DNA of 63,515 nucleotides, the filler included, from Folioceros fuciformis (lineage: Eukaryota), in the NCBI GenBank assembly GCA_049999805.1. It is 11 parts of 11 records of this genome, joined end to end, with 100 filler letters (N's around TTAATTAATTAA, not from the genome) between each part and the next. Parts side by side here need not be neighbours in the genome. Positions count along the whole stretch, not along the records: positions 35,788 to 45,306 come from JBNGIO010003406.1; positions 45,407 to 54,311 come from JBNGIO010003407.1; 9 more parts are not named here. One strand, 5' to 3'. The notes under the pieces are model-generated. The model saw nothing but the letters and a program-made list of their open reading frames with translations, did not search any database and was not told where the DNA came from. Below, one piece after another: positions 35,988 to 49,623 of this stretch. Positions within the stretch are counted from its first letter, which is position 1. The number at the start of each line of letters is the position of its first letter. A program made the position numbers and the translations under genes.

Positions 35988-38900
35988 CCCGTCGCCTATT
36001 TTGATAATATAAAAGTATCTAGCTATAGTTTAGGTGTACAGGTCGTAAGTTAGTTTAACCTAATAACGGTCTTAACCATTCGTCGCCTACACTACACCGC
36101 GGCGTGACACTCATGTTGATTCTTGAAGATACATTCTATGCCTACTATCATGTCTCCGTAATCTGTGACTATTGTCATGGTATCAGAGCTAGAATCACAA
36201 CGATTCCTAGTCTAATCTATCCGATCATGTAATCTAATCGCTGCGCCTAAATCTCGTTAACTTCTACTTGTGTTTTGAGACGCAGCGGTTTTTCTACTCA
36301 TGCATCCTATCGTGGCCTCGTGCATCGTTTGCTTTCAATAATCAGTGATGCTCTACTCTTGCTGATCACTGTAACCTGAGCGTTGCAGCCCTCAGCACGT
36401 TGCTGTTACAAATGATTCTTAGAGTATAACTTGTTCCTGGAGAATGTCAACAGAAAACCGAGGTCAGCATCCATGCTTGGACTCAGGAAGCGTCAGCGTT
36501 TAGAAAGAAGGGCTGCAAGACAACAAGCATTGCGTGATTGGAGCACAGTGAGGTTAGAAGCTTACATGCGCACCCTCGCTCCCACTAGGGTGCAACAAGT
36601 CTGGATAAAGGTTTGCATAATCTGCGAACTAATGGCAACCAACATCCTTAATGGATATCCTACACTTGATGGCTACGATTGGAGAAGCATAGATGTTACT
36701 AACCTCATCTAAAAACAATGTTGCTCCCTCTCAGTCAAGTGATCTTTGATCTGCATTTGTCAACTTCAGCAGAGATAGCGTATTTACGATTACATTATCA
36801 TTTTACAAGCTTATTCTCCAGCGCAAGAACATTGCAACTTGCTTCTCTGATCAAGCAATATGCGTCATATTTTCTCTTCAATATTCTAAGCGAATATGAG
36901 CTATTATCCAACCATGTTCTGAAGGTTACCTTTGGAGTATGCCCGAGCCTAAATACCTACCCTCCAGTAAGGCTAAGTAGGCACTCCTGCAGTGCTAATT
37001 AGCACACATCAGCATGGCCCAGTAGCAAGTGACTTCACAAACACTAGTCATCAACATCCCAAAAGAAGACAAGTTTGATGGTGAAAATTACCATGTCTGG
37101 AACAAGAGCATGGAGGAGATATTTAAGTCACGAAAGCTTTGGGCACATGTATATGGTGTGGGTACGCCTCCAGTCCCCACACCCAAGCCAGCTGCCAACT
37201 TTCCTGATCAACTGGACAAGTGGGAGGAAGCATATCAACTTGCTCGCACACTTCTGCATTTTAGTGTTAAGAGCAGTCACACAGGAGTGTTTCAAGGAGC
37301 AAGGGAGACCGCATCTGCCTGGTGGAAACAAGTTGAGATGTTGTATGATGATGAGACCTTATGCTGCAAACGTTTGTTCTCAAACAATTCATGAACCTTC
37401 AAATGAAAGAATCCAACCCAGTGAACAAGCATGTCCTAGATTTTCGCATCTAGGGAGCGAAACTGGTGTTGGCAGGTTTTAACCTAGAGCTCCTCACCAC
37501 ACTGCCAGAGACCTGGACAAGTGTGGTACAAGGCCTACAAGACGTGCAACCAATATCAGTCACACGAGTAATTACGGCAATGCTCATAGAGGAGTCTCAG
37601 AGAAAAATTGCAAGTACCTCCTTATCTGCTGGAGGAGACAAGGCCCTGTGGACGGGCAGACCTGGCAGAGGTCGGGTTCAAGGACGTCCCTTCATAAGAG
37701 GCAGGGGCAGAGGCAAAGGCATGCCCCATAGGCCCCAAAGTTTCGGCACCACAAAACCTAGACCTCCCTGCGGTCACTGTGGAATGAACAATGTCGAAAG
37801 CGTCTCACTGGAGATGGTGGTCATTCTTTAGGTCACCTAGCAGTGACTATGCAAAAATATAGTCGTGCATTTTGCACTAGTGTTGTGAAGTCCGTAGTGG
37901 CCTCACTTGGAGTCCATCCTCATTTGTAGTGAAACGTTGTTCTTGCTATGTCAATCAACCTGAACACATCTGGTACATCGACAGCGGCGCCTCCCAGCAC
38001 ATGACCCCTCATTCAACTTATTTTACAGAAATCAACACCAACAGCCTAGTTGAGTATGTCTGTTTAGGGGATAATTCGCAGCATTGTATCGAAGGTCAAG
38101 GCACTATTCAGCTTGACCTCCAGCCTAATCAACGTTTAGAGATCCTTGATGTTTTATATGTACCTGGCCTTGCCAAGGACCTTGTGTCGATTCGCAAAAT
38201 AGATAAATCAGGCTGCTACGTTTGTTTCGGTGAAGGGAAGTCTGTTGTTGAGAAGCAGGATGCCATTTTGCTGGCGATTGGTCACTTGCAGCAAGACAAC
38301 TTATATCACTTAGACCTACTGCAAGAGAAGGCCTATGCAGCAGCTTCCTGCACACATTATATCCAACCTTCCCAAACGTACCTGTGGCATCTTCGCCTAG
38401 GTCATGTTAACTTCCAGAAGTTGGTGGCAGTGTATAAGGAGGGTCTGGTTGATGGCCTCACTTTGGACAGCCTACAAGACTTCAGAGTTTGTGAGGCATG
38501 TGTCCTTGGCAAGCACAAACGGACCTCCTTCCCTGTTGGTCCAGCCACTCGAGCCACAGAAATCTTGGGACTTGTGCATAGTGATGTCTGTGGCAAGTTG
38601 CCTTTTTCGCTTGGAGGAAAGTAGTACTTCATGTCCTTCATCGATGACTTCACTCGTTTCTGTGTGGTGTACTTCCTGAAGCACAAGTCTGAAGTTTTTG
38701 CGTCCTTTGTGGAATACAAGGCTTGGGCCGAAAATCAAACTGGCCATCGTATCAAGATACCACGCTCGGACAATGGAGTAGAATACCTGTTCGGTGAGTT
38801 TGAATCCTTCTATAAGGAGCATGGCATTGGCAGTCAGCTGACCAATGCTTACACCCCGCAGCAAAACGGGGTTCCTGAAAATAAGAACTGGTCATTGGAG

Positions 38901-41900
38901 ACTTCAGCATCCAGCATGCTCCAGTATGCACAGCTCCCCAAAACATACTAGGCGGAGGCTGTGGTCTATGCCACCTACATACAAAACAGGATTGCCCACA
39001 AGTCAGTGAAGCGCAAGACGCCTTATGAGCTGTGGACAAGGAGGAAGCCCAACTTGTCTTACATGCGTGTTTTTGGGTCCACAGTTTCTGCCCAAATACA
39101 CAAGGATCTGTGCACAAAGTTCTCTCCCAAATCCGACCAATGCATCTTTCTTGGTTTTACAGACGACATCAAAGGGTTTAAGGTGTTCAACAAACGCACA
39201 CGAAGAGTCACTCATTCCCGTGACGTGGTGTTTGTTGAGGGCGTTGAATCCCATCAAACAATAGGAGTTGCCTCTGCTCCTGCAAGCTCCGAGGAGGACT
39301 CTCCAGAAGAGGTGGAGGAGATGATGATAGGACACATACCAGTCCCTCTTCAGGCTGCGTCTGTACCGCCACAGGTGGTACCTCAACAGCAGCAGGTGGA
39401 CGTTGTCATTCCAAAAGCACTTGCAGAGGGTCAGTAGAGGAGGCAATCCCAGCGAACTCATTGACCTCCTGATTTCTACTCGCCAGAAGACTACCGGACT
39501 CCTAGGTCAGATCTGACTTACTGTTTATCTGCCAATATAGTGCTATTTGGGCCATCCACCTATGAGGAGGCACTAAGTTGTCTGGATGTCGAGTATTGGC
39601 ACAAAGCCATACAGTCAGAACTAGCTTCGTTGTATGAGAACAACACTTGGACACATGACAGCCTTCCTGCAGGTAGAAAACAAGTGGGCTGTAAGTGGGT
39701 GTTCAAAATCAAACTTAAGGCTGATGGGAGCATAGCACGCTATAAGGCAAGAGTGGTTGCAAAAGGGTATTCACATATACCTGGTGTTGATTATGATGAT
39801 ACCTTTAGCCCAGTGGTAAAGCTAAACACAATATGCATGTTTATAGCACTTGCTGCAGTGAACAACCTGGAACTTGAGCAACTGGACGTTACAACAGTGT
39901 TTCTCTATGGGAACCTGCAGGAGGAGATCTTCATGCAGGTTCCTCTAGGTGTCCCTTTGCCCACAAACATGCCTCGTCCTGTTTGTCGGCTTAAGAAGAC
40001 TTTGTATGGGCTCAAACAGAGCCCACGAGCCTGGTACTCGAGAATTGACACATACCTACGAGAAATGGGGAATGTTAGTCTCCATGCCGACAGCAATGTG
40101 TATGTTTTGCGAGAAGGCAACAATTTCTTAGCCCTTGCAATATATGTGGATGACATCATAATTATGAGCAACACTATAAGGTTAATATTTAACCTGAAGG
40201 AGCAGTTGAGGCGAGCTTTCAAGATAACGGATGCAGGAGCCCTCGCCTATTGTTTGAATATGCAGCTTGAGAGAAATACGGATGCAGGTACCATCTTCTT
40301 GCACTAGCGTAAGTATGCACTCGAAATTCTACAGAGGTATGGCATGAATGACTATAAAGCAAAAGCTACACCTGTAGAGCAGAATGTCAAGTACATTTAG
40401 CAGGTGGGTGCCATACCTGAAGAAGACAAGTCAGAAGTGGAGCTCTACCTATCAAAGAATGACAGTGTGATGCACCTAATGATTGGCACGAGGCCTGATA
40501 TGGCATACAGCGTTGGCCTCACCTCCCGGTTTGTTTCTAATCCCAATACAGCGCATAATGATCTGATGACAATGGTCTATCGCTACATACGCGGGACAGC
40601 AGACTGGGGCATACTATACAGTGCCAAATCAGACAATGCACTGAGGTTAGTGGCTTTTAGCGATGCTGACTGGGCAAGGGACCTAGACAGCAGTAAAAGC
40701 GTCTCCAGCTACGTAATGATGCTAGTAGGAGGTGCCATATCATGGAGCAATAGAAAGCAGGCAACAATTGCTCTATCCTCTATAGAAGCGGAATACAAAA
40801 GCCTAATTGAGGCTTGCAAGGAAATCACCTGGTTAGTGGGAGCACTCAGAGAACTTGGCATCCAGCAGTAGCTCCCAATAGATCTCATGTGTGACAATCA
40901 GAGCGCAATAGCGCTATCCATGAATCCGCACTTTCATGCTCAAACAAAGCATATCAAAATTGAGCACCACTACATCAGGCAGACTGTAGCACAAGACCTG
41001 GTGAGAATTTCGTATTGCCCCACTGAATCTATGACCGCAGATATACTTACAAAGGCGCTTGGGCGCATCAAACACTACGAGCACTCGAGCGCCATGGGGC
41101 TATGATCAGCTGGAGGCGGATCCTTGAGGTGGAGTGCGGCTGAAAATCGGAAAGATAGCTGGTAGCGTGAAGATTGAAGATTGTAGAAGCTTCTTCGTAG
41201 CATAGATTAGGGCTGGCGAGTTTCTATCTAGCTTCGAAGTTTCTTTTAGTTAGGTCAAGCATTTCTTAGCTCTATATATACTTTAGTTACTCAAACAACT
41301 ATAAACTAATTGCTCACTAACTCTAAGAAATGAGTGGGAGTGATAATATAAAAGTATCTAGCTATAGTTTAGGTGTACATGTCGTAGGTTAGTTTAACCT
41401 AATAACGGTCTTAACCGTTCGTCCCCTACACTACACCGCGGCGCATGATACTCAATGTTGATTCTTGAAGATACATTGTATGCCTACTATCATGTCTCCG
41501 TAATCCGTGACTATTGTCATATTTATCACTGAAGTTTAACAAGCCTGTACCACACATGCGATTTGCCTACCGTTGTGACTCCCCGGCTGCACTCTTCTCT
41601 CCCTTCCCGACGAAGCGCTCTCTGTCCGCTGTGAGCAACATGGCTTGTTTCGTTATTCGGCATTGTGCTCACCAACATGGGCACTTACATTAAGCGTGTT
41701 CAATGCATGGCAAAGTCCTGTTGTTACGAGGAATAAGCTCTATTACAAGTTGTTTAGGTCGACATGATTCCACTTTGCACAATAGGTAGAATTGAGGATG
41801 CTAGCGTGATTGTTCAGACACCTGATCATGCGAAGTTTTGGTTGCATGGCTATGACTGAAGGTGTCTTGCCCAATACATGTTCGCAACATTGTACAAGTG

Positions 41901-44650
41901 GATCCACAATGGCAAAGTCTACTGACACATTTCAACTACAAAATCCTAAGCCATGCACGTTTTGCAAGGAAGATTTGATCTGTCTTGTTGGTGTTCATCA
42001 AGGAAAGCTTTCCCAATCGGAAGTGAAGCATGAATATATTCTAGGTGACTGGGTTCCTGATTTTGTTGTTGGTAAGCAAACAAATTCTTGCTTCCCTAAC
42101 TCATTTTGTAGGGTGCATCATTGGGCTGCAAAGGAGGAGAGGAAGTACCATGCTAAACCTACTCAAGGCAGCGACATCACTACCTATCATTGCCAATATG
42201 GGCTAGCAGACCGTTGTGGAGAAGCTACATCAGCACGGTCTTTTATTTTCCAGATGTAAGGCCAAAAACTGGATTAGGTAGTAGGCGTTCTAAGGGCAGT
42301 AAAAAGAGGGGATGACAGTTGTAGTTTGTAGTTACTCAATTGCTGCTAAGGCCTGACATCGTGGAATTGAGACTCCAACATAGTTATCATACTGATGTTG
42401 CTGATGAATTTTGCCATGGAGAGCTGATGATGGGACCTGAAGCTCACCCTACACAGCTAGCCCCCACTCTGTCCACTAAGAAGAGAAGGTGGGTGTAGCA
42501 CAAGTTGCTTTGCCAAGTGCCAAAACACCAGATTATGATGGACCATGAAGAGGGAGTTCATGGATAGCATCATAGGAACCCAAGGTATAAATTCACCCGG
42601 GATGATTTTCTCACTCCAAAAGATGTTCAAAGTATGCAGGCTCATGTTGCCTCTTGTTCTTACCAACTCCACACCAATATGTGGAGAGTGTTCGACTCTA
42701 GATGGATGTTAACAGGGACTTAGTTTTCTATCTTGAAACCTTTCTATGCCTGACTTTGCTCCAACCACCTTTGTCCTCGGAGCGCTAACACCGTTCATGC
42801 TGCCGATGATGGTCAAGTGGGGCCATATTTCTATCATAGCAATGGATGCCACTTTTGGGCTAAATAGGTGGCATTTTCAGTTGGTAAGTTTACTGGTGTT
42901 TGACAAATTTATGAATGGCATTCTGGTTGCTTGGGTTCTCTACAAAGAAGTTGACAGCCCCGACGTGGCAAAATGGCTCAAAGTGCTCTGCAACTGTGCA
43001 ACCACAATGGACCCGGCCTAGCAATCAAATGCTTTCCTAGTCGATGATTGTCAAGAAGAGATAAATGCTATCAAATATGTGTTTAGTGACAGCACATTGG
43101 TTTTTCTGTGTGTATGGCATGTCAAGTGTGCATGGCTGAGAAACTTATTGCAGAAAGTGAAGAACGAAGGAGCTAGAGTAGACATCATGTAGAAACTAAG
43201 TGACATAATGTATCTTAGAGGATCACCACTCATATTAGAGGAGATAGCCAAGGTGAAATTAGCAGCCCTATATGCAGAATATGAACCCTTGTTTCTTGTA
43301 CTTTTCAAGTAGTTCAAGCAACAATGGGGGAATGTAGTGCACGGGTGGTTGAAAGTGGTTCGGTCCATGCCACATGTAGGGCAAGATTGCAAAAGTTCTA
43401 TCAAAGCTTACCATTTGCATCTTAAAGTAAGAGCTTCCTTCATGAAGCAACTCCTTCGAGGTGGTCAGGTTGATTGGCTTCTTCACGTCTTGATGGACGA
43501 GGTGGATGTTCATTTTTAGTACTAGCATCAGTGCGAGCAACATGGGCTTGTGCGAAACAATAAGTTGGAACGTGTAGTAGAACATGTTGTGGCCAAGGCA
43601 ACTAAGATGCTAGATAGCTTTATGGGTTTACCAACACCAACGGATAGAAATGCGTATGTTCTTGGGGGTAGTAAGGTAAGTGCAAGCACAACATATGTGG
43701 TGTCTAATATGGATAGCAGTTGGCCATGTTGTACGTGCCCTTGGGCTGCACAAAGTTACACATGCAAGCATCAGATTAAGGTGCTCATGATGTTGAATCA
43801 GGTAGTGCCTACACTTTCACTTGTTCATAAACTTATGGAGCCTACTCATTTGCATCAATCATACGAGAGGGAAAGCTTGCATTTGTTTCAGACTTTAGAG
43901 GCTCACACTTATACCATGCAAGAGGTTCACACTCCAGATGTACACACTTTTCCTATCCAAGATGAAAAAATTGGAAACTCTGTGCAGGAGGTGATTGGAG
44001 ACCACATAAAAAATCTGATGACAAACTGGTAGAAGACAAGTACCAAGTTTGTTTGGACAAGCTGCATGNNNNNNNNNNNNNNNNNNNNNNNNNNNNNNNN
44101 NNNNNNNNNNNNNNNNNNNNNNNNNNNNNNNNNNNNNNNNNNNNNNNNNNNNNNNNNNNNNNNNNNNNCGATAATATAGTCGGAGATAATTCAACCAAGC
44201 GGAAGAGATCTTTCTTTGAACCAGCCCGAAAACAAAACAAGGGACAGAAGAAGCATGCAATGCCAGATGTCACTAATGTATGGACTTGACCTGTAGCAAC
44301 AAAAGAGAAGTTCTTTGTCACCTTAGCCAAGGATAGGCAGACAAGAGACAACATGTTTTAATTGAGGTCTCCCTCCCTTTCGTTCCTAAGGTCTCCATCT
44401 CGTTTGTTTAAATCCAAAATGTGGATATCCAAGCAACTCGTGTTGCTCAGCACAGTGTAGGTTGTGTTACTCACCATGGACGGAGAGCCCTTTGTCGAGA
44501 AGGGCTCACCACAGTGTAGGTTTTGTTACTCACCATGGACGGAGAACCCTTTGTCGAGAAGGGAGAGAAGAGTCGGCTGGCTAGTCCCAACAGCAAGCAG
44601 ATCACATGTGTGGTATGGGCTCGTTAAACTTTGGTGACGGACATGATGGG
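35988..44650 (+). mobile_element. Complete decayed Mutator-like element (MULE) with ~130-bp TIRs; left TIR split by a copia insertion; transposase remnants ~41850-44290
   Basis: MDATFGLNRW, FLVDDCQEEINAI..LCVWHV (MULE domain) and CTCPWA..CKHQ (SWIM finger). 41525-41640 (plus 35988-36001) is the imperfect reverse complement of 44524-44650. Flanks TTATTAT / TTACTAT may be a degenerate TSD. Confidence 0.85.
36002..41519 (+). mobile_element. Full-length, non-functional Ty1/copia LTR retrotransposon
   Basis: LTRs 36002-36177 and 41341-41519 (TG..CA, about 7 substitutions and 2 indels by eye), TSD TATTT on both sides, PBS TGGTATCAGAGC at 36178-36189, PPT before 41341. gag-PR(WYIDSGASQHMT)-INT(WHLRLGH)-RT(YVDD)-RH with stops and frameshifts. 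Confidence 0.97.
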
Positions 44651-45248
44651 TTACTATGAGTAGTACGTTGTACCATATTTAAAATTATATTAATTTTTTT
44701 TATAAAATATATAAATGACACAAGATTCCTCTATATCATATATATCATAATGATTGAACTATAACTATTACCATTTATATGAAGTTAAAAAAATAAAATA
44801 TTTTTAAATTATAGAAAAATAACAAATTGAGAGACTTTATTGATCACTATATTCAAACTTGGTGTCAGAGATTTTTATATGTATTTTTATATCTGAAAAA
44901 TAATTTAAAATATTTTTCTCATACTTAACTAGCAAAAACTTATAGTTTTTTCCGTATCTACTTTTATGCTTGACTGAGTAAATATTGTTTTTATTAAATT
45001 TTAGTAAAAATAAAATATTTACTCAAAGTAATGTTAGAATATCTTTAATTCATGATGATATGCATATCAATATCCAGTCTTATATTTTTGTCATCAGTTA
45101 TTTAAAACTATGATTCATCAAAGAATGCACGAAGATAAACTATGGGTTAATGGGGTTGAAGATCAGGGTTAGCTAAGAAGAGAAAGTTCGTCATGGAATA
45201 AAATAATTTGGACTTGCATGTTTGTTTAGCTGCAGGAGAGGAGTTCGT

Positions 45249-45448
45249 GATTGAACGGTACGGTGGCGGGTAAGGATTGAACGGCACGGTGGCGGGTAAG
45301 GATTGANNNNNNNNNNNNNNNNNNNNNNNNNNNNNNNNNNNNNNNNNNNNTTAATTAATTAANNNNNNNNNNNNNNNNNNNNNNNNNNNNNNNNNNNNNN
45401 NNNNNNATGGTGGCGGTTAAGGATTGAACGGTATGGTGGCGGTTAAGT
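45249..45448. repeat. 26-bp tandem repeat (GATTGAACGGTACGGTGGCGGGTAAG) on both sides of a linker
   Basis: Copies at 45249, 45275 and 45301 (partial), and again at 45408-45448. Confidence 0.85.
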
Positions 45449-46734
45449 CTTGGGCGCGGGGAAGAAGCGAAGGGGGGGAGGACAAAGCCAGGTACCCTCG
45501 TAGAGTGATGAGTCCCTCATCAGAGTAATGAGTGCTCCCACACAACACGTTTCGAGAAGTGCGTGAGGTTGGAGAGAGACGGCCACGCCAGCTGAAGGGG
45601 AACGCGTTTCGACATACCTGCTGGAAGTTAGAAACATCGTTACCGACCACGGAAACCTGATTGTAACAGGGAGGCCCAGCAGCAAGATGAGCAGGAGAGT
45701 GAGAGGCAAAGCGGCCACACTGCAAGTTAAAGCCGAAGGTGTTGATGACAATCGGAAGCCATTCGAACGTCAGGATGTTGCATTCCAGGTATGCAAGACA
45801 TGAAGTTGGTCATGAGCAATCAAACATGCCAGTAAAGTAAGTCATCGTTCAGAGATCGCCCGTAGCATGGTGAAACAAACCCTCAAGGGATTGGTGGCTT
45901 GAAACCCAGGCAGGCATACCATCCCACAACGAGCTGCCAGCCATTTTCCTACATTGCCACACTCAGGTGTAAACTGGGTACAACAAGATCTGTGATATGA
46001 TAGCCAGGACTCGCAGATACAGATATCTGTGAATGTGAACTGGAGCTAAGAAGACCCAAAAGCTGTCTCGGGGAGTAAGACCCTGCCAAATGATAAAGCG
46101 CGGGAGGACTCGTCAGACACAAGATGAAAGAAAGAAGTCCCTCTACGGGTCGAAGGGTCACCCTTATTTCATACCGCAGTCCTGGAGAGACATCAGAGTA
46201 CATATCTACTGCCTTCAGCCTAGCCTGATCCCATGACGCCTTGGAGCTCATAGCTCCCCATAACGGCAACCTACTATGAAGAAGGTTGCCCCTGCATCGT
46301 CGTCCCTGCTTGCATGTAAAGGGGAAACAGAAGGTGAAACAAGGCAGACAGCCAGCAGAAAAACGAGTTTCAGTGGTTCCCAATGGCCAACTTCTCACGG
46401 ACTACTCATGTGTAAGGATCGCACAGCAGAGCTGATTTGGCCACCCCATGGAACACCTCGGCAAAAACCCATTAGACTCAAAGTATCGGCTCATGTGGGA
46501 AGTGGAAACCCTTAGTNNNNNNNNNNNNNNNNNNNNNNNNNNNNNNNNNNNNNNNNNNNNNNNNNNNNNNNNNNNNNNNNNNNNNNNNNNNNNNNNNNNN
46601 NNNNNNNNNNNNNNNNATGCTACAGTTGACGGTTGTGTTTGCATATTTCCCGGGGGAGAGGGGGGGTGAAGAATAACTCTACGTAGGACCTACCTGAAGA
46701 ACGGTATCACGTCCTGTCAGTTCAGGAGTGCCCC

Positions 46735-47346
46735 CTACCCTCGAAGGTTCATTGCCAGAATGGAACCCTTGGTGAGAAAACGTTTGTGATACAACAGCCG
46801 CTTTTTCCTATACGTTGAAATGAATTCACCCAGCTCTATCTCTCCCTGTACCAACTGCCGGTGCAGATTTTCTGATTCTTCATCAGCCTCCGTGGCTGCT
46901 TCATGCAGCTTGTTGGAAAGAGCCGCGGGAGACAATTGGTTGAACACTTCCTTCTCCTTGGCATGCACCTCCTCGAACCTCTCCCGGGCAGCAGCTAACT
47001 CTGTAGTCCTGATGATAGCACACTGGTTTTTCAGCTCAGCTATGTCAGCTTCCTTAGCCAGATTCTTTTTCGCTTGCTCCAAGTTGCTCTTCTTCAAATC
47101 CTGCACCAACGCCTCAGCCCTCCGAACCGGCTCCAGAGACCGGAGAAAAGTGTTGTAGGCTTCCTTGTTCTTCAGCAAATTCTCCAGATCTTGAACACTC
47201 CGGTCTTTCAGAGTAGCCAAGCTGTTAGGTACATGTCCCTGGGAGCCACTCCCCGACGGAGAATGCGGCCTGGCGTCACCACTCACGGCCCCTGACGAGC
47301 TCACCCTTGGGAACGGCTGCTGCGCCCCACTACCATGTCTGAACAT
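46735..47346 (-). CDS. VPS37: ESCRT-I subunit VPS37 (Mod(r) domain), single coding exon
   Basis: LKDRSVQDLENLL..AYNTFLRSL..NLAKEADIAELKNQCAIIRTTELAAARE..EADEESENLH..GEIELGEFISTYRKKRLLYHKR. Confidence 0.88.
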   Translation of the reverse strand: MFRHGSGAQQPFPRVSSSGAVSGDARPHSPSGSGSQGHVPNSLATLKDRSVQDLENLLKNKEAYNTFLRSLEPVRRAEALVQDLKKSNLEQAKKNLAKEADIAELKNQCAIIRTTELAAARERFEEVHAKEKEVFNQLSPAALSNKLHEAATEADEESENLHRQLVQGEIELGEFISTYRKKRLLYHKRFLTKGSILAMNLRG

Positions 47347-47940
47347 ATCGGCAAGACTCCAGCCTGCCAGCGTCATCAACCTTCCCAACCTACACAACAG
47401 CCCGATGCAACTCCGCGTGCCGCTAGGTCTAACCCCGACTCCAGATTCCCTTCCGCCAACTTCCAATAAAACCTAGTCAGCACACAGGACGAGCGCGTGA
47501 ACACGTCCCACCCAGATCAGCACGGTTGCAGTTCCCCGATTTGCAAAAAGACTCCTCAGCAAATCACGATCCGGCAGCCAGATCCGAAGAGGACAAACAA
47601 ATTAAACTAAAGCGCCGACGCTTGGAACAGGTGCGGACACACGGCTGCTGCTCGGTAACCAGAGGGACACGACGGGATGCAGCGAATAGCGGCCTCACAC
47701 CTTGCCGACTACGCAACGCGTTTCCATTTGGACAGAGCGTACAAAAACAAATAGGGAGGAAGGGGAAAACCTCTCGGAGCGATAACCCCAGTTAATTATG
47801 CACTTACTTGGAGTCCGGGAAGAAGCAGATACGTTCATCTGTCTACCTCTATTCCCGTGTCAACTGACGCTTGGAGAGTAGCCGCAAAGAGCAGGATGGG
47901 TGTGGAGGAAACTCACCCAACGTGCCACAATGCACGCATG

Positions 47941-49523
47941 TCAGACCAGCTGAGGCAGCTTTGATTGCCGACCTGTTGCACCGTAATATTGGCTTGTTGT
48001 TTGCCGAGAGAAGTCCGCAAAGGTGCAACCATCTGACCAACGGGAGGATAGTGGAGGGATGGCCTTGGAGATGTGGGACAGTACCTGGTTCGAAGCTTCC
48101 ATCTTGCCGACAGAGAGGTGAAGGTCATCTCTGTCACATCCTTCGGGATTTACAAGAGGTTTGTCCCAGGAAGGTTGTAGGAAGACAACCAAGGTGTTCC
48201 TGCTTACATCTTCGTTGCCCACGGCAGGTCGGGAAACGCAGTGTGCTGTGGCCCGTAGTTTCCCACCAGACAAGATCTGGGCAGCTTCTCCCACTTGGAT
48301 GGCTAGACAATCAGGGGGGATGTCGATGAACTGGAGCCTGTTGCTGGGGCAACGGAGAATTTGCAGGTGGGAGTGACCATCTGGGGGAGGGCACACTTGG
48401 ATCCGAGGAGTGCTACATGGCAATGTCTCCTTGTAGTCCCTGCCCTCGCCGTGTGTTTGGTTGAGTGCGGTGCTGCCGTGACGGGCTGGCGACTTGCAGA
48501 ACAGAGGGGATGTGAGGATCGTGAAAACTCCATAATCAAGGTGCCAGTCCTGCCATTGCTGTGTCTTCGGACATAGTCCCTGACTTGGAATCGGTGGTTG
48601 GCACTGGGACACCGTTCCAGGAGCCTGCTTCCGGCGGCTGTGAATGCGTCCTTCAACTTCAGAATGGTAGTGGATGAGACGCCCTTTGGCAGTTCCAGCA
48701 CTCAGGATGGTTTCTTCCAGTCCAGCACCTTTCAGAACCTGGTCACACAGGGCAGCAACAAGAAGCCCCAGCTTCACCATGATCAATCCTAGCTGCCTGA
48801 AGAGCGAGCCCAGGCGCTGCATCTGTCCTTCCGTATAATCCCTCTCCGGTGGCCCGCAACCTGCTGACATGTCCGAAGACTCGGTTCCCCCATCTTGTCC
48901 ACTAGCAACATCATCAGAGACCTCTGCGACAGAAAATTGCAGCTGCGCAGCAAACGATGACACCGGTCTGTTGGGATCCTTCATGGGGACATCTGTCCCC
49001 AAACCATTCTCCTGCAAACGCCATGACGAGACAAAAGGTCCTGTGAGAAACACCAACACGACAACATTGTACTTCACTCGTGAGCACTTCTCACGTGCTC
49101 CCAAGTACATGGCAGCGTCCAGACGGATAAGTGTGTACATACACAAGTTGGGCACAGGCAGCGATAATTTCCGCAAGTTGGGCTTGAATCTTTCCAAGAA
49201 GGCACGAGGGTGCAGAGATGGAGCCGAGCCAGACAAACCTTGAGCACGGAATTCCGTTGCAGCCTCGGCATGTGAGCCAGCGTTCGAGCCATGGGAAGAA
49301 GCTCCTCCCGCAGACTTCCATATCCTGGCACGCCTCTGACGGTGACAAGCCCCGGGCCCTGAGGTCCCAGAGCATCCATCAGCCTAGCCAGCACGTCTCC
49401 TTGCGATTGCTCCCAGCATACTGCATCCGAGGAGGCACTGGAATGGCACAAATCACTGCCATGTGGCCTGCAGGCCTGATGCGCAGCCACAAGGCTGGCG
49501 TAATCCAGCACATCGATCTCCAT
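47941..49523 (-). CDS. 2-oxoglutarate/Fe(II)-dependent oxygenase (At3g63290-like); exons 49239-49523 and 47941-49011
   Basis: LGPQGPGLVTVRGVP..LK|ENGLGTDVPMK; AKGRLIHY; WHLDYG (HxD); QVGEAAQILSGGKLRATAHCV; SRNTLVVFLQP. Confidence 0.9.
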
Positions 49524-49623
49524 GGCCACGGTCCTACAAGGAGACACCAAAACTACAAGGTCTTAGGGCTTTAAGAGCAGCAGCCAGGAAGGAAGCAGCA
49601 AGCGCGCTCACGGGCAAGACGCG

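Noticed and set aside
49012-49238. N-terminal ~75 aa of the 431-aa ORF 47941..49236
   Set aside because: Read-through of a stop-free GT-AG intron; splicing joins ..VLK|ENGLG.. to the real exon 1.
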